A DNA stretch of 64,000 nt from an uncultured Gammaproteobacteria bacterium (GTDB taxonomy: Bacteria; Patescibacteriota; Microgenomatia; Levybacterales; GWA1-39-11): assembly GCA_964450885.1 (NCBI GenBank), contig CAYVFE010000001.1:65301-129300 (forward strand), read 5' to 3'. A program made the translations under genes and the position numbers. The notes beneath the pieces were generated by a model. The model saw nothing but the letters and a program-made list of their open reading frames with translations, did no database searches and was not told the DNA's origin. Every line of letters starts with the position of its first letter. Position 1 is the first letter of the stretch. Below, piece by piece: positions 39,312 to 49,280 of the stretch.

Positions 39312-40835
39312 TTATGGATTTGGCGGAGGAAACTCTATGTCGGAAACTGTTTCATCATCGACCATATCTACGCTCGTTTCATTTGTATTCTCCGGTTCGT
39401 TAAATCCAGGTATTTGTAGTATATCACCTGCGATAACTTGAAGAATAACGAATGAGAAAATGATAAAAAGTAGACCTATTATTGCAGCTGTGATAATCTC
39501 GCGGGCATGTTTTATCTTTTCGGGATCGCCGCGTGAAACCATGTAGTTATATCCACCGTATATTATAAGAAGCAGGGCAGCCACCCCTGCTATAGAGAGC
39601 ACATATGTGAAGATGCTAAGTACGAATTCGTCTAGGTCAAGCCCTATCGTACCCAGCGCGGTTTCAATCTTTGCGCAGTCGGCAGGATTTGTTACATCGT
39701 TTTCTCTTCCTGGTAATTGATGAAGAGGATCAGGGACGGCACCATCCTTTAGCTCGGCGCACGGGAGTCTGGTACCACCGCTAGAGAGCCCCAGTTCCAC
39801 GAAAAGCTGCGCCATGGAATTTAGATCTTTTCCCTCAGGATCTATTATGGGATCTCCACACACATTTGCTGTAGGGTCACTTCCTGGTATTCCGACATGA
39901 CAGTGAATTTCTGCGTAGACGAACCCCCCAAGACAGTCATCGTAGTTATGGGATTCATTTATCTGCTCACGAAGCCTAATTACATAATCTCCAGCTAGAG
40001 TAACCCCCTCTTCATCCGTCGGGAATACTTTTGTGACCTGTTCTCCTGGAGCCGAGAAGCTTATGCATGACTGGTTGTTTCCTGGATTTAGAATAGCTTG
40101 ATGTAAGACATCATTTCTCATCCCCGGTCCGTCTACGATGATCTGGTAGTTATTCCTATTCTTTTTATCGCCATTTCCGTTATTGCGGATTTTGGGAGAC
40201 GATACATTAACTGTGAATTTTCCACCAGGAGTAAGATTATTGCTGGGGCTTACCGTCATCTCGGGCACTCCATGATTTACAAAAAACCCCGCTACTGTAT
40301 GGAGTATGAATACATCGCCTGCCTTCTGATAAAGAGAGAGGAGATAGACACTGCCTGGATAAAAATAGTCTTTGTCGTTATTTTCACCGTTTTCGTCTCC
40401 TGCGCACTCCTTGCTTCCATTTCCATTAGTAAATCTTTCGGGGGTCTTTAATTTTGAGTCTCCGTCTCCACAGACTATGATGGTCTTGGATTCGTCGTCG
40501 AATTTATAGCGTTGAAGAGTTTTCTCGTCGACCTGGTCGTCTGTGAGTCCGCGTGTAGCTTGTCCTACGTACTCCAGGTTGCCTTCAAATATCCCATCTT
40601 TTACGTCATCATCGTCTATACATAAATCCTGTTCCATACATATATATAGATCGTTAACACTTAGGGAATCGATGAGGTCTCCTTGGAAGGTGACACTTAC
40701 TGTGCTCAGGTAGTCATTTATTTCCTCGAGAGGAGGCTTCACTGTAAAAGTTGATTCCTGAGCATGGGAATTATTCGGAAATAGGAGAAATAGAGAAAAA
40801 AGCGCGAAAAATAAAACAATAAGCCTTCTTGTCAT
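39312..40835 (-). CDS. Large secreted domain fused to C-terminal VirB2-like pilin (start revised to MTRRL)
   Basis: Signal peptide ending SHA; Cys-containing acidic ectodomain; IIYGGYNYMVSRGDPEKIKHAREIITAAIIGL. Confidence 0.8.
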   Translation of the reverse strand: MTRRLIVLFFALFSLFLLFPNNSHAQESTFTVKPPLEEINDYLSTVSVTFQGDLIDSLSVNDLYICMEQDLCIDDDDVKDGIFEGNLEYVGQATRGLTDDQVDEKTLQRYKFDDESKTIIVCGDGDSKLKTPERFTNGNGSKECAGDENGENNDKDYFYPGSVYLLSLYQKAGDVFILHTVAGFFVNHGVPEMTVSPSNNLTPGGKFTVNVSSPKIRNNGNGDKKNRNNYQIIVDGPGMRNDVLHQAILNPGNNQSCISFSAPGEQVTKVFPTDEEGVTLAGDYVIRLREQINESHNYDDCLGGFVYAEIHCHVGIPGSDPTANVCGDPIIDPEGKDLNSMAQLFVELGLSSGGTRLPCAELKDGAVPDPLHQLPGRENDVTNPADCAKIETALGTIGLDLDEFVLSIFTYVLSIAGVAALLLIIYGGYNYMVSRGDPEKIKHAREIITAAIIGLLFIIFSFVILQVIAGDILQIPGFNEPENTNETSVDMVDDETVSDIEFPPPNP

Positions 40836-40841
40836 ATTCCT

Positions 40842-40871
40842 ATCATACACTTAATGAAAATTTCATTGCAA
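40842..40871 (-). promoter_or_regulatory. Pilin-operon promoter with palindrome in the spacer
   Basis: TTGCAA-18-TATGAT-6-ATG; AATGAAA-A-TTTCATT palindrome at 40853-40867. Confidence 0.5.
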
Positions 40872-40874
40872 ATT

Positions 40875-42200
40875 CTACGAACTAAGCTTATAGCCAGTGC
40901 CTTTTATGGTTTTGATGAATGTAGGATTTGCAGGATCAGTTTCAATCTTTTTTCTGAGCCTGTGCATTATCTGATCAAAAGCCTGATCACTGACGCCTTC
41001 CTGGGTCTTCTGGTCCGTCCACACGGCATTTATGAGCTCGTTTTTACTGAGTACCTTGTCTTTATTCTCAAGCATAAATTTTAAGAGCTTAAATTCTGAC
41101 GATGAAAGTAATTGGGTGATCGGATTGTTTGCCTTAAGGATTTCATTTCTCTGGGCATCGTACTTAATCGATTCGTCGACATCGATTTTTTTGCTTTCGA
41201 TAAAGTCTACAAGTAGGGGAATCGACAGTTTTTTTCCTACCACAAGACCTGTTTTTGTGAGATATTTTTCTGAAAGGTTCTCAAAATCTTTATTTTTCAA
41301 TGCCAGCTTTTCGCTGGGAAGCAGGCTTTGCCAGACTTCACCTAGGGCACTTATTATAGTAGGCTTATCGAGGAGATATTTTTTAATGTCAGTTATTTTC
41401 TCGTCTTCCGTGACAAATTTTTCGTAAGCAAGCTTTGTCAGCTTTGAATGCCCCCCTGTTAGGTCCAGAATTTTTTCTGCGGTATCCTTTCCTAGAGACT
41501 TTCTGGACATCTTTTCTATGTATTTTGTCCTAAAGGAGATTGCGATAGGATCATAAATTGCGATATAGATTTCATTTCCTGTAACTATATCTGAAAAATC
41601 AGTAAGTATGTTTATGTCCACGGTTTCATCGAGCGGCCTTTTAAGTGAAAATATGGCTCCAAATCTATACTTTGCCAGATTCCTAAAAGTCTTAAGGTTG
41701 GCAAAGAAGTCTTCGGTCAGGTTAGGTGCGATCGTGTCAAACCTATCAAAGAGCAGGATCAGTGAGAGTTTTTTTTCGATAGTCAGAAATTCAATCGCTT
41801 TTTTTAAGAACTGCATCATCAGAAATTCGTCATTCATCGAGATTGCTTCTTGAAGAAGGGATCTTACCTTCGTGGACTCCTCCAAAAGTTGCCTTTCGCT
41901 CAAAGAAAATGCGATGGAAGAAAAGATGAGTTTTATTATGTCTATGTGATCTCTTCCCTTTGCCTCTGCTGAGTCTATATAGACAAAATGCATCAATTTC
42001 TCGTACGTTTTCAAGTGATATTTTCTGGCGTCTGTGTTGTATGCGAGGAGTCTGAGGAGGTTGTTTTTCCCCGTTCCCGGAAGTCCTATGATTTGCGCAG
42101 AAAGCCCTTTTTTAAGAAAGGTCAGATATTGGTGAATCTCTTTTTCGCGGGAATTTTCAGGATATAACGATTCAAAGTATTTTAGTGGTGTAAGTGTCAT
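40875..42200 (-). CDS. P-loop (STAND/AAA-like) ATPase fused to OmpR/PhoB-type winged-helix DNA-binding domain
   Basis: Walker A GLPGTGKN, Walker B LLFDRFD, LTGGH; C-terminal SEFKLL..M.N..KVLSK.ELI.AVW...RLRKKIE.DPANP.FIKTIKG.GYK; no receiver domain. Confidence 0.85.
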   Translation of the reverse strand: MTLTPLKYFESLYPENSREKEIHQYLTFLKKGLSAQIIGLPGTGKNNLLRLLAYNTDARKYHLKTYEKLMHFVYIDSAEAKGRDHIDIIKLIFSSIAFSLSERQLLEESTKVRSLLQEAISMNDEFLMMQFLKKAIEFLTIEKKLSLILLFDRFDTIAPNLTEDFFANLKTFRNLAKYRFGAIFSLKRPLDETVDINILTDFSDIVTGNEIYIAIYDPIAISFRTKYIEKMSRKSLGKDTAEKILDLTGGHSKLTKLAYEKFVTEDEKITDIKKYLLDKPTIISALGEVWQSLLPSEKLALKNKDFENLSEKYLTKTGLVVGKKLSIPLLVDFIESKKIDVDESIKYDAQRNEILKANNPITQLLSSSEFKLLKFMLENKDKVLSKNELINAVWTDQKTQEGVSDQAFDQIMHRLRKKIETDPANPTFIKTIKGTGYKLSS

Positions 42201-42245
42201 GTAAATATAGTATCACGCAAAATCCATTTGTAAGGCAAGTGTTAG
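42189..42245. promoter_or_regulatory. Two 11-bp-period direct-repeat boxes (OmpR/WalR-like)
   Basis: TGTAAG-tgtca-TGTAAA (42189-42205) and TGTAAG-gcaag-TGTTAG (42229-42245). Confidence 0.6.
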
Positions 42246-42346
42246 ATAGACGTCAAGATGATTATAGCTTCATAGTTTATATTGATCACATTATGGAGCG
42301 ATTGACACGTACGCACACGCTGGCATATCCTTTAGAAAGGAGCATT

Positions 42347-45300
42347 ATGGAAACAGGAAATGAAAGAGGGGGAGTACCCCAATCTAGCGACAAGAATAAC
42401 AAGTCAACAAATCTTGAGGCTTCAAAATCCCGGATGGAGCGGATGGTGGATCGTTTTAAAAAAGATAACGAAAAAACTCCGAGTGGGAACGGCAGCCTAA
42501 GAGATAAAGATGAGAATAAGTCTGCAGAAAGACCTTCGTCTGCTACTGTTGGGACAAGTAAGAGTGGTTTTAATCCCGAAAGGTTTAAAGAAAATCCATA
42601 TTTGCATGTGTTGGCGATGAGGGTAAGGGCCGCGGAGCAGGAGGGGAGAATCGACAACAAATTTCTCGATGAGCTTCGGCAGCAGACATACGAAGGAGTG
42701 GGAGAAGGAAGAATTTCGGATAACTGGGCATTTCAGTTCATCAGGGATATAGATAGAAATTATGTTGTGAATGCCAGCATCCAAAAAGAACACGATGACT
42801 CCAAAGAGCTCTCAAAAGATATAGAGGCGATAGTTGAGCAGAGAAAACAAAGAAGGCTTACTGCAGAGGAAATCGAGGCAAGTCGCGTCGCGCTGGAGAG
42901 CGCGTTCGGAAGAAAGCTTACGACATCCGAGCTTGATCGCGTAACAAGAGGTTCAAAAATCACTGAGAGCGGGAGGAATGCAGAAGCCTTTGGGGCTCAA
43001 ATCCAGACGATCGAAAAGCTTGTGGATAACCCTGATAGATTTGCGGCCTTCGAGTCTTCTCTGTCATCCCAAAGTCCGGATCAATTAAAAAGATTGCTAG
43101 GCGGAGATGGCGGGAGGCTGGTGCTGGGAGCATTACTTGGTGATATAGCTGAGAGGAGTAAGTATTTCCAAAGACTTGAGGAGATATTGAGCAAAGATCA
43201 GGCAGGGATGAAGGACGGATTGATTGCCTTATCAAGAGATATAAAAAGAGATGAGCAGGCAGCAAAACCTAAGGTCGACCCAGAAAAAGCAAGGCTTGCA
43301 AGAGAGCAGGCAGAGAAGTGGATTGAGGAGCAGAGGAAAAAACGTCAGGTTACGGCTGAGGAAGTAGATGCGATTCTCGCGAATGCGGAGAGGGGTGTAG
43401 GGCTTATTATGGGAGGCTCCGACTATAACGAGAACGCGGCAAATATAATGGAGCAGGTTGATATGATTTCAGATGAGACTGGGGAGGCTTTCACCAGAGC
43501 GAGGGACCTTTTAGTCGACGACGATTTGGTGAATGTTTTGGCAGAAGAAATATATGGAGTCGATCTTCCAAATATCAGGGCTGAAAAAAGTAAATTTCTT
43601 GATCTTAAAAATATCGATGACCCAGCAGTATTCAAGTCTCGTTACAAAAGTCTTCTTTCAGATCTACTAGCCAGGGCAAACACGGCAGCATCCGACCCAA
43701 GACGTTTGGAGGAAAGAGTGCAGGCTCAAAAAGACGCTGAGGAATTCACTGCAACGGGCGAGAAGACAAAGGGAGGGAAGACCTTTAATTTGCGAGGCCT
43801 TGAAGAAATAGTCAATAGCATATCACCGCCGCGTCCGGGAGAGCGTCCATTCTTTGAGCGCGAGCCCCGAAATATTAAAGAGGTTGCAGCATGGATTATG
43901 GCAGGGGATGATAGAAGCATTTGGGGGCCGGACGGGAGATATCCGATATTTAGCTGGGGTGAGGGGATAAATCCAGAAACAGAAGCAAGAAACGTTGATT
44001 TTCATGCCCAGAACTTAATACTCTGGCTACGCAATAAGTCTTTGGAGCATCATGCCGATAATCCTAACGACCCGCTAAATCTACTACAAGGAGTTGCGAT
44101 AGAGACTCTCTATAAATCGATAAGCATACTCACGATGAAGTATAACAAGCAAAAGTATTTTGCCGACGAAGAGGGCCGCCCGTTATCAAACCTTGCGGAC
44201 GAAGTCATAAATGAGGCTTGGCTTTTTGGAACCAGAAGAAACAAAAACCTTGGTTATATCCAGGCGATGAATAGCGACGAGAAGTTGTTTGAGGCGATAG
44301 TTGAGCTTAGTGGTAAAAATGATCATACAAACGGTAAGACTTTGTCTGGTCACCTTCAGATGGGTGAGAACTTTAGCGATACGGAAGGCAATGAGGACAA
44401 TAAGGTGGGGGATGCGATGCTGGCTGCAAATCTTATATATAGAAACCTTTCTGATATAGAAAAGCTAAGAGAGGTTTTGCCCGAAGGGTCGCAGATGTTA
44501 ACGCTTGAAGGTTTTAAAAAAGCTTCAAGATATTTGAATGAAGAAGGTTTTTCAGAAGACACTAATGGTTATGGAAACCTAAAGATAGAAGGAAATAGGG
44601 TTTATTTTCTGAATCCACAAACTAAGGTTAGGACGGAGATATTTAATAACGACGGAAAGCTTGTAAGTGATGCAAATCTTATAAAGTTTTTGAACTTCTT
44701 TCCGGAGGCAACTCCTCAAGAGACGAATGAGGCATTTGTGAGAGAGCTTGTCAAGCAAAGTATCGCAGGCATGGTTGGGTTTGATTCTGGAATGGAAAGC
44801 GAAAAATACGAGGAATTTATCGCGGAGCGCAAGGAGGCGCTCGGTAACGCTTATAAAGATATAAGCATTGCGGATTATAGGAAGATTCAGAGGATGAATC
44901 TTGAGTGGGCGGAGACGAATTCGTGGGTGGAGCAGCGATGGAATGGAGCTGCAGCCAGAAACGATACAGGATATAGGGGTTATGATGCGTGGACGAAGAT
45001 GTATGCGCAGTATTACCGCGAGCGTCAGTCTGGGGAGGGAACCGCTGGTCCTATCGGTAATCCCCATGATCTGCAGATATTTCGTCTCCTAACGCCCGAT
45101 ATGTGGCTTGCGATACGTACAGAATCCGGAGAGTCCGTCCAGGAAGTCTTTGAAGAGCTTCACATGCACAATCTTAAGCTATATCAACTTGGTCCGGAGC
45201 AAAAAAATGAAAGGGAAGCTATAGAAAATAAAAAGAAAAAAGTATACGAGAAGTTAAAATTTCCTCGGTGGACGGAGTCTGACTGGGCTGCAAACGGAGT

Positions 45301-46099
45301 CAAGCGTCAGGCAGAGGTTTGGCACAATATAATGAACACTGAGGATCTAAAGTTCAACGAGCTTGTGAAAAGAGACAACTGGGGAATACTAAGATATGAC
45401 AGACAGAAATTTGAAGAAGTCGTAAAGGACGACTTTATAAAAAAACGACGCTACGCTTTTTCATCTAATAACGCCATAAATTATGGAGCGGTGACGCGCA
45501 TGAGGGTAAGAAGCAGCTCAGATAAGGCTATAGACGGTTTTGAATTTAAGGATATGTATGTTGGAGAAGCTATGTTCGGAGAGGTAGTGATGGGATCTAT
45601 CAGACGGGATTGGTTCGATGGTAATCTGCAGTACGATGCAGCAGATGAGAATGGGATGGCTGTTAAAAAGAGTGCCCCTAAAAAGGGTGAGAAGTTCGAT
45701 CCAAAAAAACATGGAACTTTTCAGGAATATCTCAACTCGCGCTCCGGTAGGGGAAAGATACTCAAGAATGTATGTAGGGCGGGAATCGCTGCGCAGATTA
45801 ATGCGCATAGACAGCATACGGGCACCACTGAGAGATGGGATGCTGAAACGATTAGAAATCTTTTAGAGTCATTACATACAATGCCACAGTATGAGGAGGA
45901 CCCTGTTACAGGAGTAGAGGTAAAAAACGAACACGCTCAGTTCTTTTCCAAGGAAGACATAAAGTGGATAAGACAGCAGACAAGAACAACCAAGGGGTGG
46001 CTTATATTTGAGGATGCGAGGCATATTGGTTGGGATGCAGCAGCAGAGGGAATTCCAGAGATGTTCAAGATATTCTTCAAGGATGTTCTCTCTTCCTAA
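42347..46099 (+). CDS. Very large hypothetical protein, about 1250 aa (start revised to METGNE)
   Basis: TTGACA-18-TATCCT at 42302-42331 and SD AAGGAG before ATG 42347; charged helical composition, no signal peptide. Confidence 0.8.
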   Translation: METGNERGGVPQSSDKNNKSTNLEASKSRMERMVDRFKKDNEKTPSGNGSLRDKDENKSAERPSSATVGTSKSGFNPERFKENPYLHVLAMRVRAAEQEGRIDNKFLDELRQQTYEGVGEGRISDNWAFQFIRDIDRNYVVNASIQKEHDDSKELSKDIEAIVEQRKQRRLTAEEIEASRVALESAFGRKLTTSELDRVTRGSKITESGRNAEAFGAQIQTIEKLVDNPDRFAAFESSLSSQSPDQLKRLLGGDGGRLVLGALLGDIAERSKYFQRLEEILSKDQAGMKDGLIALSRDIKRDEQAAKPKVDPEKARLAREQAEKWIEEQRKKRQVTAEEVDAILANAERGVGLIMGGSDYNENAANIMEQVDMISDETGEAFTRARDLLVDDDLVNVLAEEIYGVDLPNIRAEKSKFLDLKNIDDPAVFKSRYKSLLSDLLARANTAASDPRRLEERVQAQKDAEEFTATGEKTKGGKTFNLRGLEEIVNSISPPRPGERPFFEREPRNIKEVAAWIMAGDDRSIWGPDGRYPIFSWGEGINPETEARNVDFHAQNLILWLRNKSLEHHADNPNDPLNLLQGVAIETLYKSISILTMKYNKQKYFADEEGRPLSNLADEVINEAWLFGTRRNKNLGYIQAMNSDEKLFEAIVELSGKNDHTNGKTLSGHLQMGENFSDTEGNEDNKVGDAMLAANLIYRNLSDIEKLREVLPEGSQMLTLEGFKKASRYLNEEGFSEDTNGYGNLKIEGNRVYFLNPQTKVRTEIFNNDGKLVSDANLIKFLNFFPEATPQETNEAFVRELVKQSIAGMVGFDSGMESEKYEEFIAERKEALGNAYKDISIADYRKIQRMNLEWAETNSWVEQRWNGAAARNDTGYRGYDAWTKMYAQYYRERQSGEGTAGPIGNPHDLQIFRLLTPDMWLAIRTESGESVQEVFEELHMHNLKLYQLGPEQKNEREAIENKKKKVYEKLKFPRWTESDWAANGVKRQAEVWHNIMNTEDLKFNELVKRDNWGILRYDRQKFEEVVKDDFIKKRRYAFSSNNAINYGAVTRMRVRSSSDKAIDGFEFKDMYVGEAMFGEVVMGSIRRDWFDGNLQYDAADENGMAVKKSAPKKGEKFDPKKHGTFQEYLNSRSGRGKILKNVCRAGIAAQINAHRQHTGTTERWDAETIRNLLESLHTMPQYEEDPVTGVEVKNEHAQFFSKEDIKWIRQQTRTTKGWLIFEDARHIGWDAAAEGIPEMFKIFFKDVLSS

Positions 46100-46114
46100 C
46101 AAATAAGAGAAGCA

Positions 46115-48388
46115 TTACGAACTACTAGTCCGTTCCCTTAAGTTATTTATTGCTTCTAGTCTTATATTAGTTCTTTCTTCATCTGACATGTTCGTTAGTC
46201 CTCGATCATTCTTAATTATTTCTACTTCGTTTGTAATTTCCTCCTCAGTAAAAGCAGATGGAGCAGGTCCGCCTGTTGTTGGGGGCGTTGCAGGCCCACC
46301 TGTGGATGGGTTTCCAGATGCTATTCCAGAGCCTAGCGCAGACCCTTTCCTATTTTTAATAAGTTGTGGGAGTGGTGTACTTAACACTCGTTGAAATCTT
46401 GATAGACGACTTCCCCCTCCAGTTGGAGAGCCACCTGATGGGGGTGGAGTACCGCCGGATGGAGGAGTGGAAGACCCTCCTTCGTCATCTCCCGGTTCTT
46501 CTGGTTTCGGATTATTTCTTTCTGCCTCAGCCAGTAATATAGCTTTTCTCTCTTCGGATTTTTCACGCCTTTTCTTTCTTGCTTCGGGAGTGCTAAATTT
46601 ATCTCGCAGCTTGTTAAGAGTTGGGATTTTTTCCATTCTTTCAGTAAACTTTTCCCCACTCCATGCCTTTAGTCTTCCAGACTCACCAGTATGAGGATTG
46701 GTGTACCATAATGATTTTCTTATTCCTCCGAATGCTCCTCCGACTACTCCGCTTCCTACGCCCAAAGACTTGCCCATGCCACCAATAAGTCCTCCTGTAT
46801 CGGGAGCCTTTAATGCGCTTTTCACGATATTAAGTGCCTCAGGCATTATGAGTACTACTCCAAGCCCTATGATTGAGGCGAACCCCGAGGCTGGGTTGTC
46901 TCCAAGCTCACCCACGAATGGCGGGATAAGTATTTCTTGAGGAGAAGAAAAGGCCTGTTCCTGAATAGATTTACCTATTAGAAAAAGGAGTAGTACTGTC
47001 GGGAATGCTGCGAGATTTGCGATTATCATTCTTAGCCAGGAGCCAATCCCCCCTCCAACTCCAGGAAGAATGCCGGCAAGTATCCAAAATGGAGCAAATA
47101 TCGTCCCTACGAGGACCATGATAAATGCCTTAATAAGCATTATCCATGTCCGAAATAGTGCGGAAAGCACCGCGATAAGTATAACAAGGTATGCTATCAG
47201 AAATGCGACTAGTTTTATGAAGCTTCCAGCAGTAGCAACACCTATTGCTCCGCCAGCTGCACCTCCGACAAGGCTTCCGATAGTTGATCCTGCAAGTGCT
47301 CCAGATCCTACACCAGCACTTACTGCCATAATAGCAGGAATTAACGCTAGACTAGCTCCTCCTGTGGGGAGGGCTAAGAAAGCAGCTACGCCTCCCAAGA
47401 CAAGTCCGCCAATGCCTCCTAGTAGCTTTCCTATCCCGGCGCCGGCTGACCCGCCGATAATTCCTCCTAATGCCTTAGTAAGGAAGTTCCCGAGTCCACC
47501 ACCAAGATTACCGTCAAATATTCCGCCTAGCGCATTTCCAGCGCCCGTCGCTACAGGTTCTGTTATCGCGTTTATTCCACCTAAACCTCCAACCGCATTT
47601 ATGGGGTTAGTATCTATGCTAGGGATAGTTGCAAGTGCTCTTGAGTCAAAGATATTTATGATCAGATACATAAGCACATACATAGTGTCGACCAAAAAAC
47701 CGACTATCGCATACGAAAGAGTGATGAGAACGAGCGCTACAATTATCCGAGGCAGTTGGTTCTGGATTGTCATGACGCTCCTTGCGTCCAGATTTAGTCT
47801 GAACATGATCCCCAGTCCCAGGACGATAAACACTATTAGAAATAGAAAATACGTAATATCTCTAAATACTTCCCAAAGTTTCAGTATGGGCTTCAATCCC
47901 GCAAACCCGACACCCTGAGCATATGCATTCTGAGAGATGCCAAAATTTTCAGCAAGGTAGCCTCCATAGTGAGTTGAAGAAAGTGGGATATTGTAGGTTG
48001 CTCCAATCATATCTCCCGCGACCGCAATAAGCCCTCCATCAGGCTCAGCGTAACCGAGCTTTTTTGTGACGGGATTTACCCCAAGGCATCTACCGTCTAT
48101 GCTGAGTGGGTTAAATCCTGCCATAAAACACGATCCTGCTCCAAGGATTTCTATAAAGACACTCTGGGTATAGGTCGATAAGTTTTGCGGCACATCAGGC
48201 TCTGTGTTAAGAGGCAGCTGTTGCGGATTTTGAATTTGAGCACCCTGAGCTTCTTGTAGATTTTGGTTTTGAATAATTTCATTTGCGGAGGATGAGGATT
48301 CTGCCTGAGCAAATACAGACGACGAAGAAAAATATAGGAAGAACAGGGCACCTAATATAATAAATAAAAATTGCGATAATTTTTTCAT
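46115..48388 (-). CDS. VirB6/TrbL-like polytopic membrane protein with glycine zippers
   Basis: Signal peptide; LWEVFRDITY, IQNQLPRIIVALVLITLSYAIVGFLVD, IFAPFWIL; GxxxG-rich TMs; Pro/Gly tail. Confidence 0.7.
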   Translation of the reverse strand: MKKLSQFLFIILGALFFLYFSSSSVFAQAESSSSANEIIQNQNLQEAQGAQIQNPQQLPLNTEPDVPQNLSTYTQSVFIEILGAGSCFMAGFNPLSIDGRCLGVNPVTKKLGYAEPDGGLIAVAGDMIGATYNIPLSSTHYGGYLAENFGISQNAYAQGVGFAGLKPILKLWEVFRDITYFLFLIVFIVLGLGIMFRLNLDARSVMTIQNQLPRIIVALVLITLSYAIVGFLVDTMYVLMYLIINIFDSRALATIPSIDTNPINAVGGLGGINAITEPVATGAGNALGGIFDGNLGGGLGNFLTKALGGIIGGSAGAGIGKLLGGIGGLVLGGVAAFLALPTGGASLALIPAIMAVSAGVGSGALAGSTIGSLVGGAAGGAIGVATAGSFIKLVAFLIAYLVILIAVLSALFRTWIMLIKAFIMVLVGTIFAPFWILAGILPGVGGGIGSWLRMIIANLAAFPTVLLLFLIGKSIQEQAFSSPQEILIPPFVGELGDNPASGFASIIGLGVVLIMPEALNIVKSALKAPDTGGLIGGMGKSLGVGSGVVGGAFGGIRKSLWYTNPHTGESGRLKAWSGEKFTERMEKIPTLNKLRDKFSTPEARKKRREKSEERKAILLAEAERNNPKPEEPGDDEGGSSTPPSGGTPPPSGGSPTGGGSRLSRFQRVLSTPLPQLIKNRKGSALGSGIASGNPSTGGPATPPTTGGPAPSAFTEEEITNEVEIIKNDRGLTNMSDEERTNIRLEAINNLRERTSSS

Positions 48389-48492
48389 GGCAGGCCTACA
48401 ACTTAGTATGACAACTTATATAGTCAAAAATCAAGTTTTACTGGATTTTTAACCTTGACTTTGCTGGCCTCAAGGCTTAGTATTGAGTTGTC

Positions 48493-49107
48493 ATGATAAG
48501 GCTAGGAATTATCGCTACTTTACTGCTTATTCTGTTTTCTTCTCTCTCAATTAATGTCTATGCACATCCTGGACACCTAGAGCACGACGGCATTGCGCAA
48601 GCAGAATCAGAAGAACCCCTTTCCGATGAAGAATCTACAGAATCGGCGCAAATGGAAGTGGAGCAGAATGTGCAGTACGAACTTGCTTATCCCGGGATGC
48701 TCCCTGATAATCCTTTGTATTTTCTAAAGACGATGCGCGATGCAGTCGTAAGATTCTTGATTTCTGATTCGCTAAAAAAGGCAGAGTTTAATCTACTTAC
48801 TTCGGACAAGAGGATCTATGCAGCGCAGCTTTTGGCGGATAACGATAAGTCAGAATTGGCACTGGAGACCCTTTTGAAGAGCAACAATTATATGCATGAA
48901 GCAGTAGTTTCTCTTTCAAAAGCGAAAGAAGAAGATAAGAATATCAATCCGATACTCTCGAACCTGAAAACCTCCGTGAAAAAACACAGAGAGGTCGTTT
49001 CACGACAAATTGCGCCTAATATGCCGGAGAATATGAGCGACATGATAAATAGAGAATTAGATCGTCTTGAAGACATAGAAAAATCGGCGGATAATCTTGC
49101 CTCATAA
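48493..49107 (+). CDS. DUF5667-like secreted protein
   Basis: YELAYPGMLPDNPLYFLK..RD, KAEF.L..SDKR. Confidence 0.75.
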   Translation: MIRLGIIATLLLILFSSLSINVYAHPGHLEHDGIAQAESEEPLSDEESTESAQMEVEQNVQYELAYPGMLPDNPLYFLKTMRDAVVRFLISDSLKKAEFNLLTSDKRIYAAQLLADNDKSELALETLLKSNNYMHEAVVSLSKAKEEDKNINPILSNLKTSVKKHREVVSRQIAPNMPENMSDMINRELDRLEDIEKSADNLAS

Positions 49108-49227
49108 TAACTGTCATAATAATCTCTTTTGTGCAACAAAAGTAGACACGTCAGAGAGACCATTTTTCTTAGATAATTTTTTGAGTTCAAAATATAAATT
49201 GGGAGTGTTTGATATAGATGTTAGTAG

Positions 49228-49280
49228 TTGACGGTAGTGATTTAGTGTACTACGATGGATTTCGACACTAAATATAGTTC
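49228..49280 (+). promoter_or_regulatory. nrdR-nrdJ promoter with NrdR boxes
   Basis: TTGACG-17-TACGAT; ACACTAAATATAGTTC (49265-49280) matches the NrdR box; partial second box 32 bp upstream (49233-49248). Confidence 0.75.

Noticed and set aside
42194-42346. N-terminal extension of the 1301-aa ORF
   Set aside because: Overlaps divergent promoters; promoter and SD point to ATG 42347
47070-47918. 282-aa plus-strand ORF
   Set aside because: Antisense shadow of the Gly-rich VirB6-like gene; its Pro/Ala richness mirrors Gly/Ala codons
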